A stretch of DNA of 64,000 bases, taken from contig OZ024750.1 in NCBI GenBank assembly GCA_964016885.1, forward strand, positions 36,766,001-36,830,000, in the 5' to 3' direction. The first letter of the stretch is position 1, and each line of letters begins with the position of its first letter. Shown piece after piece: positions 63,891-64,000 of the stretch. This DNA is from Eledone cirrhosa. Taxonomy: Eukaryota. The notes under the pieces were generated by a model that was not told the DNA's origin, ran no database searches, and saw nothing but the letters and a program-made list of their open reading frames with translations. The position numbers were made by a program, and so were the translations under genes.

Positions 63891-64000
63891 TAACAGATTA
63901 AAGTTTAAGCAAAGAATCTTTGGATTATAGTCTTCACATTTATTATTATTACTATATATATATATATATATCGTCATCATCATCATCATCGTTTAACGTC

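Overview
AT-rich, repeat-dominated eukaryotic (animal) non-coding DNA. The SINE families, RTE LINEs with (CAT)n tails and very long (TA)n tracts point to a mollusc, most likely an octopus (inference). No intact protein-coding gene is present; there is one plausible 87-nt exon (40839-40925) and a CpG-retaining, promoter-like patch (~22.9-23.5 kb). Recognisable mobile DNA: two tRNA-derived SINE families (>25 copies), RTE LINE fragments, a decayed L1/Tx1-type ORF2 set in (TAG)n, CRE-like RLE retrotransposon scraps, a Helitron helicase with its CTAG 3' end, a DD37D (maT) transposon, hAT non-autonomous elements, a Penelope-like RT remnant and several minisatellites. The main signal is that about a dozen short non-coding inserts in or beside (TA)n tracts carry type I hammerhead ribozyme motifs. 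At least four unrelated families use the compensatory U3-A8 core (UUGANAA) instead of CUGANGA, and many of the inserts form foldback palindromes with arms up to ~500 bp. This reads as a community of (TA)n-targeting, ribozyme-bearing Penelope-like/retrozyme-like elements. All RNA folds were read by eye and none has been tested; boundaries of decayed repeats are approximate.
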